A DNA stretch of 32,649 bases from Candidatus Angelobacter sp. (GTDB lineage: Bacteria > Acidobacteriota > Terriglobia > Terriglobales > Acidobacteriaceae), in assembly GCA_035252525.1 (NCBI GenBank), contig DATFDA010000139.1, positions 1 to 32,649 of the forward strand. The letters are read 5' to 3'. The notes below the pieces were generated by a model. It ran no database searches and was not told the origin of the DNA. It saw only the letters and a program-made list of their open reading frames with translations. This document shows positions 17,121 to 24,675 of the stretch, in pieces. The translations under genes were made by a program, and so were the position numbers. Each line of letters begins with the position of its first letter. The first letter of the stretch is position 1.

Positions 17121-17675
17121 TTAATCTACGCCGTCGCTGCTTGAGCCGCCAAGGGCCGCCTGGCTCCAGTCCGGTGCTCCATCACCCTGCAGAGCATAGC
17201 GGTAGAATCGGGGATGGCCGCGCATTTTCCAGTAGTTGGTGTCATATTCAGAAACCTTCACGCCGGAACGCAAAGCGCTGAGGAACTGGTGAGTGTCAGG
17301 GTCTATCACAATTCCTACGTGACCGCGCCAGACAATAATGTCGCCAGGAAGCGGAACACGAACACGGCGGAAGGCGTCTACACCATCATAGAGGTCGCGG
17401 GAAGTTGCGTAATCATAAGGGAGCCCTGCGCGTGCATAAATATCATGCACCAGGTGCGAGCAATCCAGGCCGGCCCAGCGTAACTGGTGCCCCAACCGCT
17501 TCACAACGGTTTCTGCAAGGGCCGATGGCGCAATGTCCCAGACCTCTTCATCCGCAGTCACATGCGTCCGAAACGTCTGTACCATTTTTTGCTGTGCGAC
17601 CGCTACGTTCGTTCCCCCAACGACGCAGGCGATCATGAAAAACCAAAAAAATGTGAGTGTTCCCAGGCTTCGCAT
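17121..17675 (-). CDS. NlpC/P60 (C40) family peptidase, secreted
   Basis: It has a signal peptide (MRSLGTLTFFWFFMIACVVGGTNVAVAQ), a catalytic Cys context (GLDCSHLVHDIY) and a His context (GDIIVWRGHVGIVID). Confidence 0.8.
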   Translation of the reverse strand: MRSLGTLTFFWFFMIACVVGGTNVAVAQQKMVQTFRTHVTADEEVWDIAPSALAETVVKRLGHQLRWAGLDCSHLVHDIYARAGLPYDYATSRDLYDGVDAFRRVRVPLPGDIIVWRGHVGIVIDPDTHQFLSALRSGVKVSEYDTNYWKMRGHPRFYRYALQGDGAPDWSQAALGGSSSDGVD

Positions 17676-17787
17676 TCGGCACCGATATTTACATCTTCAA
17701 ATTTCGATGCAGGCAGAAAGCAATCCAGAGCTGGATTTATGTAAAGGCCGGGCGATGCAGAGTCACAGGCCGAAGATGCCTTTCAAT

Positions 17788-18363
17788 TCAGAGTTGCTGC
17801 ACTTCAAGTTCGTGTATGCGCGCGTATGTGCGCTCGAATTCGGCTTTGAGAATCGGGTTGGGATCAGTCAACTGGGAGACGACATTTCGCGCCCAAACAA
17901 AGTAGTCGCGTTTTCGCTGCGTGGGCCAATTTGATGGAGGAGTGGAGAGCAGCGCCCGCAGGTTGGAAATTTTATCTGCCAGCTTCAGCGTTTGTGCCCG
18001 GGGTGATTTCTTATGCGCGGTCTGCACCTGGAGCTCCTTGCGCTGCTCTTTCGGTAGAGACTTGTCATCTGTAACTTCCATCACCAGCGCCGTCACGTCT
18101 TTGCCAAAGCGCTGTTCGAGCTCCTGCGGGGTCACATCAGTATCTTCGACCGTGTCATGCAAAAAGCCGGCCATCACCAGGTTGGCGTCCAGCAGATTAC
18201 TGCTGCGCGCGATCAATTCCGCCACCTCAATCAAATGATTGACGTATGGTTCGGCTGCTTCGCCTTTGCGCCTTTGTCCTTTGTGACGCTCGGCAGCGAA
18301 ATGCGCAGCGGCCAGGATGCGCTGAACGTGGTCAACACAATCATTCTGCTTTTCCTGCGACAT
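17788..18363 (-). CDS. stand-alone HD-domain (p)ppGpp hydrolase-like protein (small alarmone hydrolase type)
   Basis: 191 aa. HFAAERHKGQRRKGEAAEPYVNHLIEVA and AGFLHDTVEDTDVT match RelA/SpoT hydrolase-domain motifs. There is no synthetase domain. Confidence 0.75.
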   Translation of the reverse strand: MSQEKQNDCVDHVQRILAAAHFAAERHKGQRRKGEAAEPYVNHLIEVAELIARSSNLLDANLVMAGFLHDTVEDTDVTPQELEQRFGKDVTALVMEVTDDKSLPKEQRKELQVQTAHKKSPRAQTLKLADKISNLRALLSTPPSNWPTQRKRDYFVWARNVVSQLTDPNPILKAEFERTYARIHELEVQQL

Positions 18364-18381
18364 GCAATTTCCCCTTCCACG

Positions 18382-18897
18382 CTAGTGGCCGCGCTGGGCC
18401 ATGACAATTTTGGCTGTGGTTATTGCCTGCCCAACGTGCCGCTGGCTATGATCCGCCACGTGCACCAGCAAGCCGGCAACGGTTGTGGGCAACTGCTTTT
18501 TCCCAACCTTGCGGCTTTCCTCAAGCTCAGCCGGTGAGAACGCCCGAATACGCCGCGCGCTCTTGGTAAATCCCACTACCAGTTCCGCCAGGAGCTCATT
18601 TCGCGTTGCTCCGGGAGAAAGCTCATCTTTTAGCGCCGCAAGCTGTTCGCTGGTAAGCTGCGCGCCTTCAGCATAGGTCAGCAGGCGGTCAGCGCTGCGG
18701 GTGATGTGGCGCAGGTGAAATGCCACGGGGGCAATGCCTCCGGGACGCGCGTTCAATTCCTGGTCGCTCAGGCCATCGCACCAGCGCTCCAGGTCTTCGC
18801 GCGCCAACTCCAGTGCGTGCAGCACCGCGCGCTGCACAGCAGGCACTTCCGTCAGTGTGCCGCGCAGCCATGGCTCGGGCTGTTCAATCTTGTTCAT
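18382..18897 (-). CDS. DinB-family (DinB_2-like) four-helix-bundle protein
   Basis: 171 aa. WLRGTL...LHALELAREDLERW...IAPVAFHLRHI...ADHSQRHVGQAI shows the His triad spacing typical of the DinB superfamily. GGAAGG lies 7 nt upstream of the ATG. Confidence 0.75.
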   Translation of the reverse strand: MNKIEQPEPWLRGTLTEVPAVQRAVLHALELAREDLERWCDGLSDQELNARPGGIAPVAFHLRHITRSADRLLTYAEGAQLTSEQLAALKDELSPGATRNELLAELVVGFTKSARRIRAFSPAELEESRKVGKKQLPTTVAGLLVHVADHSQRHVGQAITTAKIVMAQRGH

Positions 18898-19236
18898 CCA
18901 TTAACCTTCCTGCCTTTAAGATAAGTGACAAAATGCTTACGAACAAGCAAGGCGCGAACAAGCGTTTATCGGTGCGTGCGCGAATCCCTGAGGAGATCCC
19001 TCTCACAATCTGAGTGACATTTCGCTTTCGGGCCGAAAAGGTAATCTCGCCCCGAGTCCCATCCCTTGCGAAAGGTTACAGATTACTTGTACATGTCCGC
19101 CTGCGGCGAATTTCCAAAAACGAAACAAGCTGGCAATGCCGGGTTCGCGCAGCGTCATGGCACCTAGAATGTTCTCCCTCCCCGCTCCCCGCCTGAAGGT
19201 GCAGTGAGTTTTTTAACTCGTTTGGAGGCGAGAACA

Positions 19237-21060
19237 ATGAACGTCAAATTATCTCCCCGTTATCTCAAAATCGTATCTGTGCTGGGTGCTGCTTTAGTAT
19301 TTCTGTCACTGAGTGCCCTGGCCCAGAGCAACACAGTCACATTTCTGCGTACTGACCAGCCCGGAACCTGGTTTCAGAACGTTGCCGGGCCAATTGCAGG
19401 CACGCAGTCGCTTGCAGTGGCCACGCCGGGTGTGCAAGTTTTATTCAACGGAGATTCCAGCACAGTACACACGGTAACCAGCCTGATCTTCCCGACCGGC
19501 GCGGCAGGCATGCCCTTTGACTCGGGCACAGTGCAGAATGCGACCCAGGTCTCCGTCACGCTGACCACACCGGGTTTGTATGTCTTCACCTGCAAAATCC
19601 ATCCTTATATGTTTGCCGCCGTAATCGTGGATGACCCGGCAACGCAGGGACTGGACCTGGGCGAGAACGTCAGCCTTGTGACCGGCGTAAGTGTCCCCAC
19701 GAGCAGTGATCTAGCCACTCGCCTGCTTCGGACCTTCTTTATCGCCACCAACCCCGATAACTGGCAGGACCACACCAAGGCGACCTGGCACATAACTTAT
19801 CCCAGCGTTCCGGTGCGGATCACCGGTGGCGCTGTGGTGAATCTGGCGGACGTGCTGAATGCCCGTTACGGCAATGACTTGCCGATCGCCAAGCCGTTCA
19901 ATCCCGCAACGCCGGGCGTGGGTGAAGTGTGGGTGGATACCCAATTCGAATTGACGGCGCACAAAGACAAACCCGGAACCACCACCGCCGTTAGCACCAC
20001 AGACTGGAAGCCAATTCGCAAAGTAGCCCTTCCGCAGATTGACATGAACAATCCACACAACATGTGGACGGATCGCGACCAGAAGCTGATTTATCAAACC
20101 ATGTGGTTTGACAATCGCATGGCCGTGTTTGACCGTATTACCGGCAAGCTGGTGCGAGACGTGACTGTCGGGCCTGCGCCGTCACACGTGATGACCCGCA
20201 CGGATACTGACCATCTTCACGTCGCGCTCGACGGAGAAGACAGCCCGTTCGCCGTGGTTCAGCTTACGCCGGGAGGCGCCGCCATTGAGCGTCGCATCGA
20301 TATCGAGGGCGGACATCCCCACGCGCACTGGATGGGGCACGACGGCAAGAGCATGGTGACTCCGAACACGTTTGACAACACATCCACAATTTTTGATTTC
20401 AACACGGATGCTGTGCGCGCGCTGGTGCCCACCGGCAATCTGCCCATCGCCACGGGTATGATGCCCGACGATAGTAAGTACTATCTGGATAATTTCCTCG
20501 ATAGCAGCATGCAGGTGATTGATACTCACACTGGAGCCACCATCAAAACCTTCAGCCTGCTGGCGAACTATGATCCCATCAGCGGAGCTATAACCGGACC
20601 CGTAGGTGCGCTTCCCATTCAGACTCCTGTAAGTCCGGATGGCACAGCCGTAGTGACAGCCAACATCCTGACCGATACGATTACCATCATCGACACCAAA
20701 ACAGATACCCTGGTTGCGGCCCTGCCCTGCGATGCCGGATGCCATGGCGTGCAGTTCGGCGCCAAGCGTGGAGGCGGGTACTATGCCTATGTCAGCAGCC
20801 AGTTCTCCAATACCGTTGAGGTGGTGGATATCGACCCCAACCACGACGGCAATGTAGCTGAAGCCAAAGTTGTTGGTCGTATTCTGCTGAACGCGCTTCC
20901 TTCAACCCACACCGATGACCAGATTGTCGGCTTGGCCGGGATGGGCGGACAGGGTGTGCTCGCAGTGCCGGTGGTTTACAACGGATGGGTGCAGAACCTG
21001 CCGCAGAACTTCAAAGCCAAATTGACACCCGCGCAGCGAAATCCGTTCCCCGCGAAGTAG
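19237..21060 (+). CDS. secreted cupredoxin (type-1 Cu, amicyanin-like) / YVTN-type beta-propeller fusion protein
   Basis: GGAGG lies 8 nt before ATG 19237, and the signal peptide is MNVKLSPRYLKIVSVLGAALVFLSLSALAQ. Candidate cupredoxin ligands are His (19468..19470) and C-K-I-H-P-Y-M (19591..19611). The C-terminal ~340 aa show ~45-aa periodic P-x-x-x-x-x-(P)DG blade motifs. Confidence 0.8.
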   Translation: MNVKLSPRYLKIVSVLGAALVFLSLSALAQSNTVTFLRTDQPGTWFQNVAGPIAGTQSLAVATPGVQVLFNGDSSTVHTVTSLIFPTGAAGMPFDSGTVQNATQVSVTLTTPGLYVFTCKIHPYMFAAVIVDDPATQGLDLGENVSLVTGVSVPTSSDLATRLLRTFFIATNPDNWQDHTKATWHITYPSVPVRITGGAVVNLADVLNARYGNDLPIAKPFNPATPGVGEVWVDTQFELTAHKDKPGTTTAVSTTDWKPIRKVALPQIDMNNPHNMWTDRDQKLIYQTMWFDNRMAVFDRITGKLVRDVTVGPAPSHVMTRTDTDHLHVALDGEDSPFAVVQLTPGGAAIERRIDIEGGHPHAHWMGHDGKSMVTPNTFDNTSTIFDFNTDAVRALVPTGNLPIATGMMPDDSKYYLDNFLDSSMQVIDTHTGATIKTFSLLANYDPISGAITGPVGALPIQTPVSPDGTAVVTANILTDTITIIDTKTDTLVAALPCDAGCHGVQFGAKRGGGYYAYVSSQFSNTVEVVDIDPNHDGNVAEAKVVGRILLNALPSTHTDDQIVGLAGMGGQGVLAVPVVYNGWVQNLPQNFKAKLTPAQRNPFPAK

Positions 21061-21083
21061 ATTTGCCAAATCGCAACTGATGG

Positions 21084-21122
21084 AAAAGGCTGGTCTCTGG
21101 TTCTGTTTGAGGCCAGCCTTTT
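21084..21122. terminator. bidirectional intrinsic terminator between convergent genes
   Basis: AAAAGGCTGGTCTC (21084..21097) pairs with GAGGCCAGCCTTTT (21109..21122), with one G.U pair and an 11-nt loop. There are A/T runs on both sides. Confidence 0.6.
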
Positions 21123-21146
21123 AGCATAAGAATTTGGAATTTTGCG

Positions 21147-21728
21147 TTAACGTGCTGCCGCTTTTTCAGGGGTTGCAGCGCGGCTGACGGCGGCCTCCAC
21201 CTGAACGTGAACAGTGCATTCAGGGTCGCCCTTCAACATGCAGCGGGACTCCACAATGCTGACTGTCTTTCCGTAATGCCTGGCAGCGCCCTTCACAATT
21301 CCTTTCAGCAGCGCGCACATCTTGCGCCTGGAATCGTAGGAGATGGTCACACGGTCGTCGGCCAGGCGCCGCACCACCAACTGGGGCGGCGCCACTCCGG
21401 GATGGAAGCGCACGATTTTGTGAATGGTGTCCTCTGTGTTGCAGAGGAAATCCACCAACGTCCAATCCGGCTTTACCAGGAAGGAATACTGGCGAATGAG
21501 ATCCGGAGCAATGAAATCGCCAAAATCTTCGAGGATCGTGTTCACGTCCATGCCCGTCATCTTGCAAGCGGTAGTCACCAAAGAGAGAAGGTCATGATCA
21601 GGATAGACTGAAGCCGCCAAATACAGATTTCCCTTAAGTCCGGCTTTTTCCTGCAAAATGTCCCAGGTCTCGGCATCGAACTTGGTTTCTACATACTTCT
21701 TGAGCTCTGAAAATATCAAGCCATGCAT
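21147..21728 (-). CDS. H-NOX (heme NO/O2-binding, HNOB) domain protein, stand-alone
   Basis: 193 aa. The N-terminus MHGLIFSELKKYVETKFDAETWDILQEKAGL parallels known H-NOX proteins. A proximal-His candidate is H103 (TIHKIV), P110 is present, and the heme-propionate motif Y-x-S-x-R is present as YDSRR. Confidence 0.88.
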   Translation of the reverse strand: MHGLIFSELKKYVETKFDAETWDILQEKAGLKGNLYLAASVYPDHDLLSLVTTACKMTGMDVNTILEDFGDFIAPDLIRQYSFLVKPDWTLVDFLCNTEDTIHKIVRFHPGVAPPQLVVRRLADDRVTISYDSRRKMCALLKGIVKGAARHYGKTVSIVESRCMLKGDPECTVHVQVEAAVSRAATPEKAAAR

Positions 21729-21855
21729 GGAACTTCCCCTTGTTCTGCTCTATCGCAATCAGAATTTTTGATGTGTTCGAATCATGATATGAGGATTCGT
21801 TCCTTCTGCCATGCATAGCAGCCGGATTTTCGAAATTTAGAAACAGGGGTTACTG

Positions 21856-22086
21856 TTGGCCAATGAACCTGCAAGCGAACTTTCGGGAAGACAACAGCCC
21901 ATGCCGTCTCCACATCCGTTGACTTTGGAGGAAGCAATGGAAATGAACACGGAAAAGCAGAGACAGGAGCAGGAAAATAGAAAGCCCTCTGCAGACGACG
22001 CCGAATCCCGGCTCAACGACCAGGACCCCGGTGAGCGCCAGAAAGAAAACCAGAACCAGCAAAAGGACGACCCGCTAGCGGCTTAG
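21856..22086 (+). CDS. possible small highly charged protein (49-76 aa)
   Basis: The ORF is rich in Q/E/K/D. An internal ATG at 21937 is preceded by GGAGGA (4-nt spacing). An antisense hydrophobic ORF (21850..22062) competes with it, so coding status is uncertain. Confidence 0.3.
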   Translation: MANEPASELSGRQQPMPSPHPLTLEEAMEMNTEKQRQEQENRKPSADDAESRLNDQDPGERQKENQNQQKDDPLAA

Positions 22087-22124
22087 CCGAGCGTGTTCAA
22101 ACGTTGTTTGGCCATCGCGTATGC

Positions 22125-24389
22125 TCACTCCACGGTGATGCTGATTGTCTGCTTGAAAATCACTCCCTTAGTGTCTTTGGCTTGAACGGTGAGGCGGCGC
22201 ACTCCGCTGGCCATTGCTATTGATGTATCCAAAGAACCTCCACTGACGGTGAACACCGCCGTGCCATCCACATAAATCTGGATGAACGAAACGGTTGCGG
22301 AATCGCGCGTAGCCGCCTGCACATGGACCGGAGAGCTCACAGATGCGCCATTCGCCGGCGAGCAGATGGTCACAGAAGGCGACGTCGATCCGGGGTTGCA
22401 AGTGCCTGGGCTGGGAGTTGGTGTAGGAGTTGGTGTAGGAGTAGGAGTGGGAGTGGGCGAACTTCCGCTTACGTTTACGGAGATAGTCTGCTTGAAAATG
22501 TTCCCGGCGCTGTCCTTCGCCTGGATAGTGAGCCGGTGCGTGCCCACGGAAGCTGAGATGGAGGTATTAAGAGACCCTCCGCTGGTGGTGAATACAGCTT
22601 TGCCATCCAGATAAATCTGAATAAACGAAACGGAAACGGAGTCTCGCGTTGTCGCCTGCACCTGCATCGGCGAACTTACAGTAGCACCGTTTGTGGGTGA
22701 GCAAATGGTAACTGACGGCGAAGTTGGGCCCGGGCTGCACGCGCCGGGGGTTGGCGTTGGAGTCGGCGAGGGAGTTGGGGTGGGTGTTGGACTCGGGGTC
22801 GGTGTTGGGCTTGGCGATGGCGTCGGGCTTGGAGTTGGCGTCGGAGTCGGGGTAGGAGGCGGAGAAGTGCTGTCTACAGTGATTGAGATAGTCTGCTTGA
22901 AGATGTTTCCTGCCGCATCCTTCGCTTGCACAGTGAGCCGGTGCGCGCCCGCGGACATTGGGATGGAGGTATTCAGAGTACCTCCGCTTTGGGTTACAGC
23001 AGCTTTGCCGTCAACATAGGCCTGAATAAAAGAAACAGTTGTGCTGTCTGTAGTTCCCGCACTCACGTCCACCGGAGAACTTACAGTTGCGTTATTGGCA
23101 GGGTTACAGATTGTCACCGAAGGTGAAGCGGTGCTGAGTGTGCAAGGCGCAGAGGAACTCTTGGTCAGGTAGAACTCCAATTGCGTGGTCAGGCTGTCAC
23201 TCGCTGTCTCCGTTTGGGATGAATTATTCCAGCCGCTGCCAGAGGCGCTTAGGCTATAGCTGGCTGGAGGCACAGAGAGGCTGTAAGTACCGTCAGACGC
23301 GGTTACGGTAGAAGCGCTTCCTGCCGTTACGGTCACGCCGCCCGCAGCCGCACAGGTGGATTGATTTCTGATTTTGCCGCTGATCTTTGAGCTGCCTGTG
23401 TTCGGGTTGGGATTATGGTAGGGAACTGTGAACTGCTGCGACGCGCCCGTCATGTACTGGTTGAGAAATGGAGAGTACGTCTGTACAGAGATGGTGTTGG
23501 AAGCCGGATGAAAGGTGAGAATTTCCAGCCAGCCGTCGCCGCCATTGGGAAAATCCTGCATATCGGCGAAAATCTGGTTGACCAAATTCCCGTTATCGCC
23601 TACATCTTCGCGATGGGAGACGGAGCCGCCCGTAAAATGGCCGTTCAGAACCATGATCACATTCGAGTGCTTTCTCAACCGCTGCCACATCTGCTGTCCG
23701 TTGGCGTTGCCTGGTCCCATGTCCTGAGTGTCGCAAGTGTCCTCGCGCAGCCCTACCGTTCTTAGATAAGAATGTGTGACTACAATGGCTTCCTTGTCCG
23801 GATTGGCTGACAGGATAGATTCCGCCCAGTCCAGCGCGGCGCTACGGGGCCGGAATTCCAGAATCACGAAGAGATACTGCTTACCGTTGATGGTAAGAAT
23901 GCCGTAGAAATTTTCGTTGCTGCCGGAAGGATAGCTTCCTTTGTAGTACGCTTTGCCGGAATAGCGCGCAGGACCGAACCACTGATTGAATCCGGTCACA
24001 CTGCGGCTTTTGGGATTGGCGCCGTCATAGTCATGGTTCCCGATTGCCAGCATGTAAGGGACGCCGGCATTGTCCAGAACGCGAATGGCTGCATCGGCAT
24101 TCTGTTGCTGGGCGGTTTGCGCGCCATCGTTGACGATATCGCCCACCCCCAGCACCATCTGAATGTTGAGTCCATCCCGGTTCGCAGCAATCCAATTGGT
24201 CTGGCTGTTCATCACCTGGGGAAAAAATTGGGCCTCATTCTGAGTGTCAGGCAAGACGACGATGGAAAAATCCTGAGCTGTAAGGACATGGGTTAAATCC
24301 AGCAGAAACACGAATAGCAGACACAACGGGTACAAACGACGAAGCGGCAACATCCGGAACCTCAGAGCAAGGATGCTTGCGAACGCCAC
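22125..24389 (-). CDS. secreted calcineurin-like metallophosphoesterase with CarboxypepD_reg-like and three Ig-like C-terminal domains
   Basis: It has a signal peptide region (LPLRRLYPLCLLFVFLLDLTHVLTAQD). Metallophosphoesterase motifs are VVLPDTQ, GVGDIVNDG, AIGNHD, VVTHSY and LNGHFTGG. These are followed by three ~90-aa repeats separated by (PT)n linkers. The start may be the internal ATG at 24353. Confidence 0.82.
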   Translation of the reverse strand: MAFASILALRFRMLPLRRLYPLCLLFVFLLDLTHVLTAQDFSIVVLPDTQNEAQFFPQVMNSQTNWIAANRDGLNIQMVLGVGDIVNDGAQTAQQQNADAAIRVLDNAGVPYMLAIGNHDYDGANPKSRSVTGFNQWFGPARYSGKAYYKGSYPSGSNENFYGILTINGKQYLFVILEFRPRSAALDWAESILSANPDKEAIVVTHSYLRTVGLREDTCDTQDMGPGNANGQQMWQRLRKHSNVIMVLNGHFTGGSVSHREDVGDNGNLVNQIFADMQDFPNGGDGWLEILTFHPASNTISVQTYSPFLNQYMTGASQQFTVPYHNPNPNTGSSKISGKIRNQSTCAAAGGVTVTAGSASTVTASDGTYSLSVPPASYSLSASGSGWNNSSQTETASDSLTTQLEFYLTKSSSAPCTLSTASPSVTICNPANNATVSSPVDVSAGTTDSTTVSFIQAYVDGKAAVTQSGGTLNTSIPMSAGAHRLTVQAKDAAGNIFKQTISITVDSTSPPPTPTPTPTPSPTPSPSPTPTPSPTPTPTPSPTPTPTPGACSPGPTSPSVTICSPTNGATVSSPMQVQATTRDSVSVSFIQIYLDGKAVFTTSGGSLNTSISASVGTHRLTIQAKDSAGNIFKQTISVNVSGSSPTPTPTPTPTPTPTPSPGTCNPGSTSPSVTICSPANGASVSSPVHVQAATRDSATVSFIQIYVDGTAVFTVSGGSLDTSIAMASGVRRLTVQAKDTKGVIFKQTISITVE
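22128..23144 (-). repeat. three tandem ~270-nt coding repeats (Ig-like domains) separated by PT-linker microsatellite-like tracts
   Basis: The repeat units are 22875..23144, 22470..22739 and 22128..22400. Their translations all read C..SPSVTIC.P.N.A.VSSP..V.A.T.DS..VSFIQ.YVDG.A....SGG.L.TSI....G..RLT.QAKD..G.IFKQTIS..V. The linkers at 22740..22874 and 22401..22469 are GGNGTN-type hexamer runs. Confidence 0.9.
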
Positions 24390-24675
24390 TTAAACGAAGC
24401 CAGCGCGGAGCAGCACGAATGCTTTTCTTGCAATGTTGTTCAGTTGGAAGCTGCATGTGCTCTGATGGTTGGATAGATTGCAAAAACTTGGGTAAAAAGC
24501 GCGTTGCAGAAGAATGGTGAGGCTATGATTCGGCTTAGAACCTTATACCGATCGCTCCTATGATTAGGAGTCACTGATTTTCTGGATCAAGCAATCGTTT
24601 GATGCAGCTAAACATCAACTCACAAACGGAGCATTGCATTGAACCGAATGAGCAGAGATCGCTAGGAGAGAGAAG

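Noticed and set aside
19158-19173. Sigma54-like TGGCAC element upstream of the cupredoxin gene
   Set aside because: TGGCAC is present, but the -12 element reads ATGT instead of TTGC at the required spacing, and there is no enhancer-binding protein gene nearby.
20182-20844. 220-aa minus-strand ORF inside the propeller gene
   Set aside because: It is antisense to a CDS with clear repeat and motif structure. Its translation is low-information and it has no start context.
19237-21060. Calling the cupredoxin-propeller protein a nitrous-oxide reductase (NosZ)
   Set aside because: The domain order is reversed. The copper loop has a single Cys (type-1 C-x2-H-x2-M), not the binuclear CuA C-x4-C-x2-H-x2-M motif. 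The resemblance is architectural only.
22282-23019. Plus-strand ORFs encoding GVGVGVGVG runs, and the possibility that the hexamer tracts are a CRISPR or VNTR locus
   Set aside because: They are the antisense reading of the PT-linker codons of the metallophosphoesterase gene. The repeats are coding and in frame, with no spacer/repeat architecture.
24555-24570. Perfect inverted repeat CTCCTA-tgat-TAGGAG in the divergent spacer upstream of the dehydrogenase gene
   Set aside because: It has only a 6-bp stem. It could be an operator or an anti-SD hairpin, but such short palindromes are expected by chance in 286 bp and there is no supporting context.
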